Positions 8,883 to 17,834 of a stretch of 64,000 nt of DNA are shown here, piece after piece. The stretch is taken from the NCBI GenBank assembly GCA_023458375.1, contig JAEWZT010000002.1, forward strand, positions 72,463-136,462, in the 5' to 3' direction. Position numbers and translations under genes: made by a program. This DNA comes from Bacillota bacterium. GTDB lineage: Bacteria; Bacillota; Clostridia; Christensenellales; CAG-314. Position 1 is the first letter of the stretch. Each line of letters begins with the position of its first letter. The notes under the pieces are model-generated. The model was given only the letters and a program-made list of their open reading frames with translations. It searched no databases and was not told the origin of the DNA.

Positions 8883-11800
8883 TCATTTTTTCTTTTGCAG
8901 GAATATGACGTTTCCTTCCCCCAGCAGGGCGTTAAGCTCGTAGCCTATGCCCGCGCATTGGCGCACTTTGTCGGGCATGCCGTATTTTGCAGAGCCTATG
9001 ACAAGCACCACCGAAACGTCGCCCGCGTAGCTTGAAAGCACGGCGGAAATCTTTTCGTAAAGTTCGTTGTCCTTTTTCATCATTCTAAGGTAAAGGGTTG
9101 TTTCTTCCTTTTGCTCTTCCCCCTCGCTTTCCCCCCAAGGCTCAATCTTGTCCACAAAAATTTTCGGCACGTCGTCGGCTTTTACCGACATAGACCCCTT
9201 AACCGTTACCACCGCGTCTTCGATTAAAAACTTTTTGTTAATTTCAAGCGCCCTGTTAAAAAGCAGCAAATCAATGGAGCCGTATAAATCTTCCAACTTT
9301 GCCGAGCACATATTTTTGCCCGACTTGGTTATCATTTTGTTGATGCTTCCTATGCTGCCCCCTAAGGCAATCTTTTTTCCGTCGTATTCCGATATTAAAG
9401 CGTCAAGCGCTAATGCGTCTTCTTTGTCTATTGCAAAATTGGAGGTATTAAGCTCAAATGTTTTGAGCTTGTCGGCGTATTCGTCAAGGCGGTTGCCTGA
9501 AATGCACATGCCCAGCACTTCCTTTTCAAGGGCGAGTTTATACTTTAAACCGTATTCTTTTATATTGCTGAACTCTATCCCCTCAAAGGTGCCGTCATCG
9601 CCTAAAAGGTCAAACATTGAAAACTGACCCGACTCCCGCTTTTTCTTATCGGCGGAAATACGCTCCATTAAAGGCTCAAAAACAGCCATCATTTCGGCGC
9701 GGGGAGAATTAAAGCAGTCAAAGGCGCCTCCTTTAATCATATTTTCCACCAAACGTTTGTTAAGTATTCTGCTGTCAACTCTTGACAAAAAATCGCGTAG
9801 CGACTTAAATTCGCCTCCTTGGTTTCTTTCCTTTATAATGCCCTCAACGGCAACCCTGCCCACTCCCTTAACGCCCGAAAGCCCGAAAAGAATTTCGCCG
9901 TTAACCACGTCAAAGTCGGAGTCGGATTTATTTATATGGGGGGGCAAAACCTTTACCCCTTTGTCCCTTGCCGACGCGACGTATTTTTTTATCTCGTCAA
10001 TTTTATCTATTCTGTTGTTTAAGATTGAGGTGATAAATTCCTCAAAATAATAGCACTTTAAGTAGGCGGTTTGGTAGGCTATGTAGGCGTATCCCGCGGC
10101 GTGAGATTTATTGAATGCGTATTGCGCAAAGTCCGTCATCTTATCAAAAATACTGTTTGCCAACTCTTCGCTTATGCCGTTGCGTTTTGACCCGGGGGTT
10201 AAAACGTTGCCGTCTTTGTCCGTTTTGCCAAAGACGAAAAGGTCGCGCTGGTTTGCCATTTCTGCGGCGTCTTTTTTGCCCATCGCCCGCCTTATAATGT
10301 CAGCCTGCCCGTAGGTGTAGCCCGCCATAGTGCGCACAATCTGCAAAATCTGCTCTTGATACACCATACAGCCGTAGGTGGGGCTTAGCGCCTCTTTAAG
10401 CATGGGGTGGGGGTAAGCTACGCTTTCCGAATTCTTTTTTCCCGCAATGTATTCGGGAATAAACTGCATGGGACCGGGACGGAAAAGAGAAATTCCCGCG
10501 ATAATATCTTCCAGACAGGTAGGTTGAAGTTCCATCATGGTGCGCCTCATGCCGGGAGATTCAAGCTGGAATACCGCCTGCGTTTCGCCCGAGCTTATAA
10601 GGTCGTAAACCTTTTTGTCATCGTATTCGCATTTGGAAAAATCTACGGTAACGCCCCTTGTTTTTTTAACTAACTTAATGGTTTTGTCTATATCGGTTAA
10701 GTTTGCAAGCCCTAAAAAGTCAATTTTAAGCAGCCCCAGCTCCTCAACCTCTTTCATGTTAAACTGCGTCGTAACGTCGTCGCCGTTTTTCTGCAACGGT
10801 ATGTGGTCGCTTATTTTGTCGCGGCAGATGACTACCCCCGCCGCGTGGGTGGAGGCGTGCCTGTGCGCCCCTTCAAGCTGTATGGCAAGGTCTATTACCT
10901 TTTTCATTTGGTAATCTTCGTCGTATATGGCTCGAACTTCGGGTATCATTACGCTTTCTTCGCCCTCTTTGTTTTTTTCCAAGCCAATGATTTGCTTTAA
11001 GTTACCCTTAATTCCGTTAGGAATTAGTTTGCTTACCTTGTCAACGTCTTGGTAAGGCACCCTTAAAACGCGGGCGACGTCTTTAATGGCAGCCTTTGCC
11101 GCCATAGTGCCAAAGGTGATAATTTGCGCGACGTTGTCTTTTCCGTATTTGTCAATGACGTATTTGATGACTTCGCCCCGCCTTTCCATACAAAAGTCCA
11201 CGTCAAAGTCAGGCATGCTTTTGCGTTCGGGGTTTAAAAACCTTTCAAAAATGAGGTTGTATTTTAACGGCTCAACTTTGGTAATGCCAAGAGCGTATGC
11301 GATTATGCTTCCCGCGCCGCTGCCCCGCCCCGGACCTACGGCTATGCCGTTGTTTTCGGCGTAGTGGATGAAGTCCCACACAATTAGGTAATATTCAACG
11401 TAGCCCATTTCCACTATCGTGCCGTATTCGTATTTTGCCCTGTCCAAAATTTCACTCGACAAAGGCAGAGGATACTTTTCTGCAAGCCCCTTCATCATTA
11501 AGTGGTGCAAAAACTGAGGCGGGGTCATTCCGTTTTCCGGCGTATAATTTGGCAGCAGTTTTTCTTTGACTATCTGCACGTCGCACTGCCGCGCTATTTT
11601 TACCGTATTGTCAAGCGCTTCTTTGGCGTAGGGGAAAAGCTCCGCCATTTCGTCGTAGTCTTTTAAATAAAACTCCGAACCCTCGAAGCGCATTCTGTTT
11701 GTGTCGTCAACAAAGCGCCCCGTCTGCACGCAAAGCAAAATGTCGTGCATTTCGGCGTCGCTTCTTGACAGGTAATGCACGTCGTTTGTGGCGACAAGCC

Positions 11801-12503
11801 CCACGCCGTGCTTTTTTGCAAGCTCAATGAGCTTAGGCAAGACAAAACGTTCTTCGGCAATATTGTGGTCTTGTATTTCTATGTAGTAGTCCTGCCCGAA
11901 AAGCTCTTTGTATTGAAGCACCAGCTTGTCCGCCTCCTGTTCTTTTCCTTCGAGCAAAAGCTGGGGCAGTTCCCCCGCGATACACGCCGAAAGGCAGATA
12001 AGCCCCTTGGCATGCTCTTTTAACAAATTAAAGTCAATTCTCGGCTTATAGTAAAACCCTTGGGTAAAGGCAAGGCTGTCAAGCTTGATAAGGTTGCGGT
12101 AACCCTCCTGCGTTTTTGCCAAAAGCACAAGGTGAAAAAACTCTCTGTCCGCCCTGCCCGAACGGGAGTTCATATCTTCCGCAACATACATTTCGCAACC
12201 GATTACGGGCTTAACCTCAAACAGCTCTTCTTTTGAGGGAGGAATTTCAACACAGGGGACGCCGTTTTTTTCCGCCTCCCGCTTGTGCAACTCATTTTGC
12301 TTTTGGCGCTTTTTGGCAAGCGCCTCCCTGCGTTTTTTGTCGGCGCAGTAAAAATGATACGCCCCGTACATGTTGCCGTGGTCGGTAATAGCTACGTAAC
12401 GCATGTTTTTTTCAACGCATTTTTCAAAAAGCTTCTCTATACGGCTCGCGCCGTCAAGCAGGCTGTATTCCGTATGAAGATGCAGGTGTGCAAATTCTCC
12501 CAT
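8883..12503 (-). CDS. dnaE: DNA polymerase III alpha subunit
   Basis: 1206 aa with an N-terminal PHP motif (HLHLHTEYSLLDG) and polymerase core motifs throughout. The reading frame is intact. Confidence 0.95.
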   Translation of the reverse strand: MGEFAHLHLHTEYSLLDGASRIEKLFEKCVEKNMRYVAITDHGNMYGAYHFYCADKKRREALAKKRQKQNELHKREAEKNGVPCVEIPPSKEELFEVKPVIGCEMYVAEDMNSRSGRADREFFHLVLLAKTQEGYRNLIKLDSLAFTQGFYYKPRIDFNLLKEHAKGLICLSACIAGELPQLLLEGKEQEADKLVLQYKELFGQDYYIEIQDHNIAEERFVLPKLIELAKKHGVGLVATNDVHYLSRSDAEMHDILLCVQTGRFVDDTNRMRFEGSEFYLKDYDEMAELFPYAKEALDNTVKIARQCDVQIVKEKLLPNYTPENGMTPPQFLHHLMMKGLAEKYPLPLSSEILDRAKYEYGTIVEMGYVEYYLIVWDFIHYAENNGIAVGPGRGSGAGSIIAYALGITKVEPLKYNLIFERFLNPERKSMPDFDVDFCMERRGEVIKYVIDKYGKDNVAQIITFGTMAAKAAIKDVARVLRVPYQDVDKVSKLIPNGIKGNLKQIIGLEKNKEGEESVMIPEVRAIYDEDYQMKKVIDLAIQLEGAHRHASTHAAGVVICRDKISDHIPLQKNGDDVTTQFNMKEVEELGLLKIDFLGLANLTDIDKTIKLVKKTRGVTVDFSKCEYDDKKVYDLISSGETQAVFQLESPGMRRTMMELQPTCLEDIIAGISLFRPGPMQFIPEYIAGKKNSESVAYPHPMLKEALSPTYGCMVYQEQILQIVRTMAGYTYGQADIIRRAMGKKDAAEMANQRDLFVFGKTDKDGNVLTPGSKRNGISEELANSIFDKMTDFAQYAFNKSHAAGYAYIAYQTAYLKCYYFEEFITSILNNRIDKIDEIKKYVASARDKGVKVLPPHINKSDSDFDVVNGEILFGLSGVKGVGRVAVEGIIKERNQGGEFKSLRDFLSRVDSRILNKRLVENMIKGGAFDCFNSPRAEMMAVFEPLMERISADKKKRESGQFSMFDLLGDDGTFEGIEFSNIKEYGLKYKLALEKEVLGMCISGNRLDEYADKLKTFELNTSNFAIDKEDALALDALISEYDGKKIALGGSIGSINKMITKSGKNMCSAKLEDLYGSIDLLLFNRALEINKKFLIEDAVVTVKGSMSVKADDVPKIFVDKIEPWGESEGEEQKEETTLYLRMMKKDNELYEKISAVLSSYAGDVSVVLVIGSAKYGMPDKVRQCAGIGYELNALLGEGNVIFLQKKK

Positions 12504-12813
12504 TTTTCCTTTTTACCGTTTTTTTAGCTTTTGCGTTTTTTTCAAATATTTACAAAAATTCTTTTATTTTTCTTTTTGCATTTTTTTGGGGTTTAGAAGT
12601 TAGTTTTTACTTTTACTTGCTTGTGTTTTGTTTGCCTTTTACACAATTTTGCTGTTTAGCTTTGACTTGCCTTTTTGCACTTCTTTCGGCTTACGCTTGC
12701 CCTATTAGTTTATTCCGCTATAAACACTCGCTTTTTAACTGCGGTTTACACTAATTATCTCTTGTGAAACTTATTCTGTTAAGCCATTTTTTCGCGTTTT
12801 TATTCTTTTGCGG

Positions 12814-13761
12814 TTACTGCTCTTCTTTTTGTTCTTCTTCCCAAAGCCTTATAAGGCTGTTCATTCTGTGGACGGCGCCGCTTTTGCTTATGCCCAGCTT
12901 ATGCGCAAGCTCCGCCATTGAGGAGTCGGGCTCTTCAATGCGCAGCTCCGCCAGTTCTTTAAGCCCCTTGCTTAAATTATTCATTTTGCCTTTGAGAATA
13001 AGGCTGTGTATGGCTTCAAGCTGTTTTGCAGAAGCGTTAACGCTCTTGTCAAGGTTTGCCATAGTGCAGTTTGTCTGCCTGTTTGCGTCGTTTCTTAAAG
13101 AGCGTTCAATTTTAAGGTTTTCCATTGAAAGCATACATTTTGAAGCCCCCAAAAGCACCAGCGCGTCGCTTATTTGATTGCTTTCTTTGGCATAAACCAA
13201 ATAACCTTCCTTTTTTTCCGTAATTTTAAAGCTTACAAAAAAACGCGCAAGCGTTTGTTCAAGCGTTTGGGCAAAGGGCAGGTTGTGGGCATAAAACTCC
13301 ATGTGATACCCCGCCGCGGCGCTGCCCGCTTTGGGGACGCTTACGCTGCCCCCCATTAAAAAACAACCCTTTAAAAAAGCTTTGGCGCAGCATTCACCTT
13401 CAAGCGCAAACTTGTCGGCGCTTCGGGCGATTTGCGTAAAGCCCTCTTTGTCGCGCACCAAAATACCGCACTGGTATAAAATATCTTCCCCCAGAGCGGC
13501 GAAACAAAACTTTTCGTTAGCTCCTTTTTTTTGAGAAAAGATTTCGCCCTCAACGCCGTAAAGTTTTTGTGTCAAAGAACTAAGCTTTTCAATTAAATCC
13601 AAATTGCTGTTGCACACTTCAAAACCCGCGCCCTTGCTGCTTAACGTAACAGAACTGTAAAACAGCAGCGCCGACATAAAGGCGGGGGCGCAGCAGGGCA
13701 AAAGCTTTAAGCCGCCCAGTATTTCTTTTTTAATTTTCTGGCTGAAAGTTTCCTTTTTCAT
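12814..13761 (-). CDS. whiA: DNA-binding protein WhiA
   Basis: 315 aa with a degenerate LAGLIDADG-like fold and a C-terminal HTH (SMAELAHKLGISKSGAVHRM). There is a 4-nt overlap with the upstream PHP gene. Confidence 0.9.
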   Translation of the reverse strand: MKKETFSQKIKKEILGGLKLLPCCAPAFMSALLFYSSVTLSSKGAGFEVCNSNLDLIEKLSSLTQKLYGVEGEIFSQKKGANEKFCFAALGEDILYQCGILVRDKEGFTQIARSADKFALEGECCAKAFLKGCFLMGGSVSVPKAGSAAAGYHMEFYAHNLPFAQTLEQTLARFFVSFKITEKKEGYLVYAKESNQISDALVLLGASKCMLSMENLKIERSLRNDANRQTNCTMANLDKSVNASAKQLEAIHSLILKGKMNNLSKGLKELAELRIEEPDSSMAELAHKLGISKSGAVHRMNSLIRLWEEEQKEEQ

Positions 13762-14498
13762 TTTTCAAAAACTACCTTTTTATTCCAGTTGACAAGTATA
13801 TTTTTGTCAATGCCCAGCCTGTCAAGCAAAGCAAGCGGAACGGAAACGTCGCCTACACGGTTTGGGCTGTGGGCGTCGGAATTGGCGATTATTTTTGCCT
13901 TGCTTGAAGTAAGCGTATATACTTCCTTGTCCGTTAAGGACACCTTTTTGCCGTTAAGCTCCATCATTACGCCGTAATCGTAGGCGGCTTGCGCAACTTG
14001 CGCTACGTCTACGGGCAAAGCGTAACCGATATGGGAAATAATTTTTACGCCCTTTTGCTTTATCGCCTCAACAAAAACTTTGGTAAACAGCGCTCTTTGC
14101 TTATCGGAGGGGCGCTTGATTTTTATCAGCCCCATTAAATTGTAGCGGCAAAAGTCAAGGGGGTCTTTGGGCAGCATTGCCATATGATAGCCCGCCACAA
14201 CGTAGTCCAAAATTTTGAGGTCGTACGGTTTTAAGTCAAGCAAACCCTTTGAACAAAAAATATTGGCTTCTATCCCCAAAAGAATTTCAATGTCGGGATA
14301 TTTTTCCCTTAGCCTGTCCACCTCTATTCTTTCTCTGTATAAATCGGCGCGGTGAACGCCGAAAGCTATGTGGCGGAATCCGTGTTCCGTAATCCCCACC
14401 TGTTTTAACCCTTTTTCCCTTGCGGCAAGCACCGTTTGCTCAATACTCCCCTTGCCGTCGCTATATCTCGTATGGGTGTGTAAATCTGCTAGTATCAA
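13758..14498 (-). CDS. PHP-domain phosphoesterase (histidinol-phosphatase family)
   Basis: 246 aa. TTG start with a GGGAGAA RBS, the N-terminal DLHTHTRYSDG motif, and downstream His/Asp metal ligands (SDAHSP). Confidence 0.8.
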   Translation of the reverse strand: MILADLHTHTRYSDGKGSIEQTVLAAREKGLKQVGITEHGFRHIAFGVHRADLYRERIEVDRLREKYPDIEILLGIEANIFCSKGLLDLKPYDLKILDYVVAGYHMAMLPKDPLDFCRYNLMGLIKIKRPSDKQRALFTKVFVEAIKQKGVKIISHIGYALPVDVAQVAQAAYDYGVMMELNGKKVSLTDKEVYTLTSSKAKIIANSDAHSPNRVGDVSVPLALLDRLGIDKNILVNWNKKVVFEK

Positions 14499-15411
14499 TT
14501 TTTTCTCCCAAGTAAAGCGGCTCCCTTGTCAGCCATATTTTATGTGTGTCGTAAACGCGTCTTTGCACCCGCTCAATTAAAAGCTTTACATCCTTTGCCG
14601 ACGCGCCGCCGCTGTTTATAATAAAATTCGCGTGCTTTTCGCTTACCCTAGCGCCGCCGACGCTTAACCCCTTTAACCCAGCTTCTTCGATGACCTTACC
14701 GGGAAAAACGTCCTTTTGGCGTAAAAACACGCTTCCCGCGCTGGGGTAGTCAAGGGGCTGCAAAGCCTTTTTTTTGGCAAGCATATTTTTCATTAAGCTA
14801 TAAATATCCTGCGCGAACCCTTCGTCAAACTTAAACGCCCCTTCGGTAACGATATAGCCGTTTGAAAGCAAGGCGCTTGAACGGTAAGACAGATTTAGTT
14901 CCTCTTTGCCAAACCGTTTAAAGCCCCTGCCGTCGGTAGCCCAAACGTAAAGCAGGCAGTCCTTTATCTCTTTTCCGAAACAGCCGCTGTTGTGGGCTAT
15001 GGCTCCCCCCGCGCTTGCGGGAAAAGCCGACAAAAACTCCGCCCCCGTAAGGCTTCCCGAATATGCCGCCTTAGCGATTGAGGAAACGCTCGCGCCCCCT
15101 TTGGCGTAAACGACCTCGCCCTTTCTTTCAACCTCCGCAAGCCGCCCGCTAAGTTTGACAACCAAACCGCCGTAATGCTGGGTGGGAAGAGTGTTCGCAC
15201 CCCTGCCTAAAACGGTAAAGGGGATATTTTCCTCTTTACAAAAGTACAGCAAACCTTTTAGCTTTTCTTCCTCTTGGACGCAGGACACGCAGCGCGCGCT
15301 TCCCCCCGCCTTAAAGGTTAAAAGCTCCTTTTGGCTTACGTTGTAAAAGGGCTTGACGCCGCTGATTTTTTCAATGCGCCGCATTTGACGGCGAGATATA
15401 TTATACAACAT
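14461..15411 (-). CDS. murB: UDP-N-acetylenolpyruvoylglucosamine reductase
   Basis: 316 aa. Shows an FAD-binding domain pattern (FKAGGSA, VLGRGANTL) and a MurB C-terminal domain. The C-terminal tail overlaps the next gene by 38 nt. Confidence 0.9.
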   Translation of the reverse strand: MLYNISRRQMRRIEKISGVKPFYNVSQKELLTFKAGGSARCVSCVQEEEKLKGLLYFCKEENIPFTVLGRGANTLPTQHYGGLVVKLSGRLAEVERKGEVVYAKGGASVSSIAKAAYSGSLTGAEFLSAFPASAGGAIAHNSGCFGKEIKDCLLYVWATDGRGFKRFGKEELNLSYRSSALLSNGYIVTEGAFKFDEGFAQDIYSLMKNMLAKKKALQPLDYPSAGSVFLRQKDVFPGKVIEEAGLKGLSVGGARVSEKHANFIINSGGASAKDVKLLIERVQRRVYDTHKIWLTREPLYLGEKIDTSRFTHPYEI

Positions 15412-15827
15412 TTCCCTTCCTTAATCAATTATATAGCGGACGGCTTGGCAAAAATGTAATTTTGCCTGTTTTTTCGCATTTACTAAGATGCTTCTTCCGT
15501 TACAATACGCTTTTACCTTAAATACTGTTAACGCTATTAAAAAGCTAACGCGGAAAAAACCATTGTCTTATACAAAAAACCAAATGCGGTGCAAATATTT
15601 TTTTAGTTTAATATAAGCTTGTTTTAAGCGGACAAAAAGATACAAAGCCTTGATGCAAGCGGCGCGGCTTTATGCAGTTGAATAACTTATGCAAGATAGC
15701 ATTATCTAGGCGGGTAACATATTTAAAGGTCTTAGCTGTATATCCCGCAAAAATTAATTTAGGCTAAACCGTTGTATTCGCTCAAAACCTTTTGCTCAAA
15801 AAATGACAGTTAAGCAGAGCAGTTGTG

Positions 15828-16910
15828 TTAACCCTTTTTAAATATGTTTTGGGCGGCAAGGCGTTCAAGCTCTTCCCTTTCCCTGCCGTCGGCAAAGGCG
15901 TGCAAGAAATTTTCCGTCTTATAGAGCGCGGCTTCGCAAAGTTTTTTCCAGCCCCCATCGTAAAGGTTATTTAGACAAGGAGAAAACATTTCCAAATAAG
16001 CGACTTTGCTTTGAGCTTTGTCGCTTGTCAGATATTCAATAAACTTTGTTGCGTATTGCCTGTTACCGCTTTTTTCTTCAAAACTCCCCCCGGCGATAAA
16101 CTGCAATAAGTCGTTGTAGCTTGTAAGCGGCGAAAAGGCAAGCTCCCCTATTTGACCGTTTAAATACCTGTTGTTAAGACGGTAGGCATCGCGCTGCGTT
16201 CCCGCCAAAAAGACCGCATTGCCCTTTAAATATGCCTCATAGGCTTTATATTGGCTTTCTGCCAAAAAACACTCGCTTTTTGCGGCGCTGACTGCTGTTC
16301 CGCTTTGTAAATACAATGCGTGAAGGGGGGCGCAAGCTGCTCCTCCTGCGGCGCAAAAAAGGTATTCATAGGAGGGTTTTTTAAACGCTTTATAAGAAAA
16401 AGAAGAAGCAAACAGCGCTTCAAGAGGCGTTTTGTATCCCTCAATAAGCGACTGTTGGGCGATTAAACAATAAACGCCCGCCAGATAGGGCAGCGCGTAT
16501 TGCACGCCTTTGTATTTGCCCGCAAGAGAAAAGCTCCCCGCCGTATTGTCAACGCCGCTAAAAGAAATCAGATAGGGCAAAAAGCCGAGCCCCTCCCCGG
16601 ACGGAAAGGAAATAAGGTCAAAACACTCCCCTTCTTGCAGCTTTTGCTGCGCCTGCTCATATGTTAAGGTGTTGATATGCACATATACGCCCTTGTTCTC
16701 TTGCTCATACGAAGCAGCCGCTTGCGTCAGCCACGACGAACGCGCATATGCTCCCCCTTCAAAGCTTTCAATATGCCACAAAGTCAGCACCGATTTAAAG
16801 CCATCTTCCCCTTTTATCACGTTGCTTTGGGGCGTAAGGGCGGGCAGAATGAAAAGGAATATGTAGGCGGCGGCAAGCAGCGTAAGTAAAAATGCCGACA
16901 GTTTTTTCAT
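15828..16910 (-). CDS. membrane-anchored extracellular solute-binding-protein-like protein (orphan)
   Basis: 360 aa with an N-terminal TM or signal anchor and an SBP-like sequence (LTLWHIESFEGG...). There are no adjacent ABC permease or ATPase genes. Confidence 0.5.
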   Translation of the reverse strand: MKKLSAFLLTLLAAAYIFLFILPALTPQSNVIKGEDGFKSVLTLWHIESFEGGAYARSSWLTQAAASYEQENKGVYVHINTLTYEQAQQKLQEGECFDLISFPSGEGLGFLPYLISFSGVDNTAGSFSLAGKYKGVQYALPYLAGVYCLIAQQSLIEGYKTPLEALFASSFSYKAFKKPSYEYLFCAAGGAACAPLHALYLQSGTAVSAAKSECFLAESQYKAYEAYLKGNAVFLAGTQRDAYRLNNRYLNGQIGELAFSPLTSYNDLLQFIAGGSFEEKSGNRQYATKFIEYLTSDKAQSKVAYLEMFSPCLNNLYDGGWKKLCEAALYKTENFLHAFADGREREELERLAAQNIFKKG

Positions 16911-16916
16911 AGCTAT

Positions 16917-16922
16917 ATTATA
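16917..16922 (-). promoter_or_regulatory. -10 element abutting the start codon (possible leaderless transcript)
   Basis: Minus-strand TATAAT lies 6 nt upstream of the ATG at 16910. There is no SD, and the -35 is poor. Confidence 0.35.
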
Positions 16923-17771
16923 TGAAAAAGTCCCCTGCCCTTAGGACAAAGGCTCTGCTTTTGTTATAGAAAAGCATTAAAACCTTTTTAAACCGCCATG
17001 CAAACTTTTAACCAACTCCCCTGCGCCAAAAACACGGGTGTTTTCAATGTTTTCCCGCCTGTTTTTCTTTATAGGCAGCTTATGAAAAAAATCTTTTGTT
17101 TAAAATATCTAAAAGAGTAAATAGGGCGTATTTATCTTTTACCGCCAAAGCCGCGGAGGCTAAGCTGTCGGAAACCGCCATTGTCGTTTGATTTTAAAGT
17201 GTCAGCCGTTTTACAGAGTTAAAAAATTGCTGCCGCGCTTTTATTATATATTACAAGGCATTTTTAAAAAAGTAGACCCGATTATTTCCTCCTCAAAAGC
17301 GATTTACTATTCCTTTTGTGCCAAAACCGCCGCGCAAAGGGCAATGGGCGGCGGTAAAATAAGCAAATCAAAAAAAGCGCGGAAATATTATGCAAATACA
17401 TTTTTTTGCAAAATATCTACGTTATTTGTCAAAACTTTTTAAAAATCCCTTTGGCGCGCATTCTTTTTTCTTTATGCGCCAAAAGCTTACGCAAAAAGCG
17501 CTCTTTGGCTAATCAGAAAGGGTTTTGTCTTATCGGGGCTTGTTTTGTCTTAATGCAAATAATGATATTTTATCGCGGTTTTCCTTTTTCTTTTCCAAGT
17601 TACGCCTTTTTCAAACAAATTCCGCCATTTCTTATCTTTCGGCATTTTCCGCCAAAAAACGCGCAAAACAAAAGCAAATTTTTAATGCAAATCTGCCCCG
17701 TTTTCCGTTTATAAAAAGCCGAGCGTAAATCCGCAATACTATGGCTTGAATACTCAAAATTTTTTAAAATA

Positions 17772-17800
17772 TTTACAACGGGCGGGTTTTATAGTATAAT
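17772..17800 (+). promoter_or_regulatory. sigma-A type promoter of the MFS gene
   Basis: TTTACA (17772-17777), 17 nt, TATAAT (17795-17800). A GGAGGG RBS precedes the ATG at 17835. Confidence 0.65.
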
Positions 17801-17834
17801 TTTTCTAGTTCATATTTAAAACGGAGGGAACTGT

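Noticed and set aside
4925-12527. Numerous 60-170-aa ORFs antisense to, or out of frame within, the ABC exporter genes and dnaE
   Set aside because: They are fully embedded in long, well-supported genes. They have Arg/Pro/Ala- or Ser/Leu-rich compositions typical of off-frame translation.
12488-13177. ORFs 12488-12754 and 12764-13177 (plus strand)
   Set aside because: They show T-rich spacer or antisense-of-whiA translation (F/L/C/S-rich), with no RBS. The second lies entirely antisense to whiA.
15650-15700. 10-11 nt matches shared between distant spacers (GCAAGCGGCGC, GCTTTATGCAG and GATGCAAGCG, at about 15650, 41500 and 56090-56215)
   Set aside because: With about 12 kb of compositionally biased noncoding DNA, several exact 11-mers are expected by chance, and no extended alignment surrounds them.
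16911-17834. Replication origin at the minus-to-plus strand switch
   Set aside because: No TTATCCACA-type DnaA boxes are seen and no dnaA or dnaN is nearby. Gene orientation becomes mixed again after 27.8 kb.
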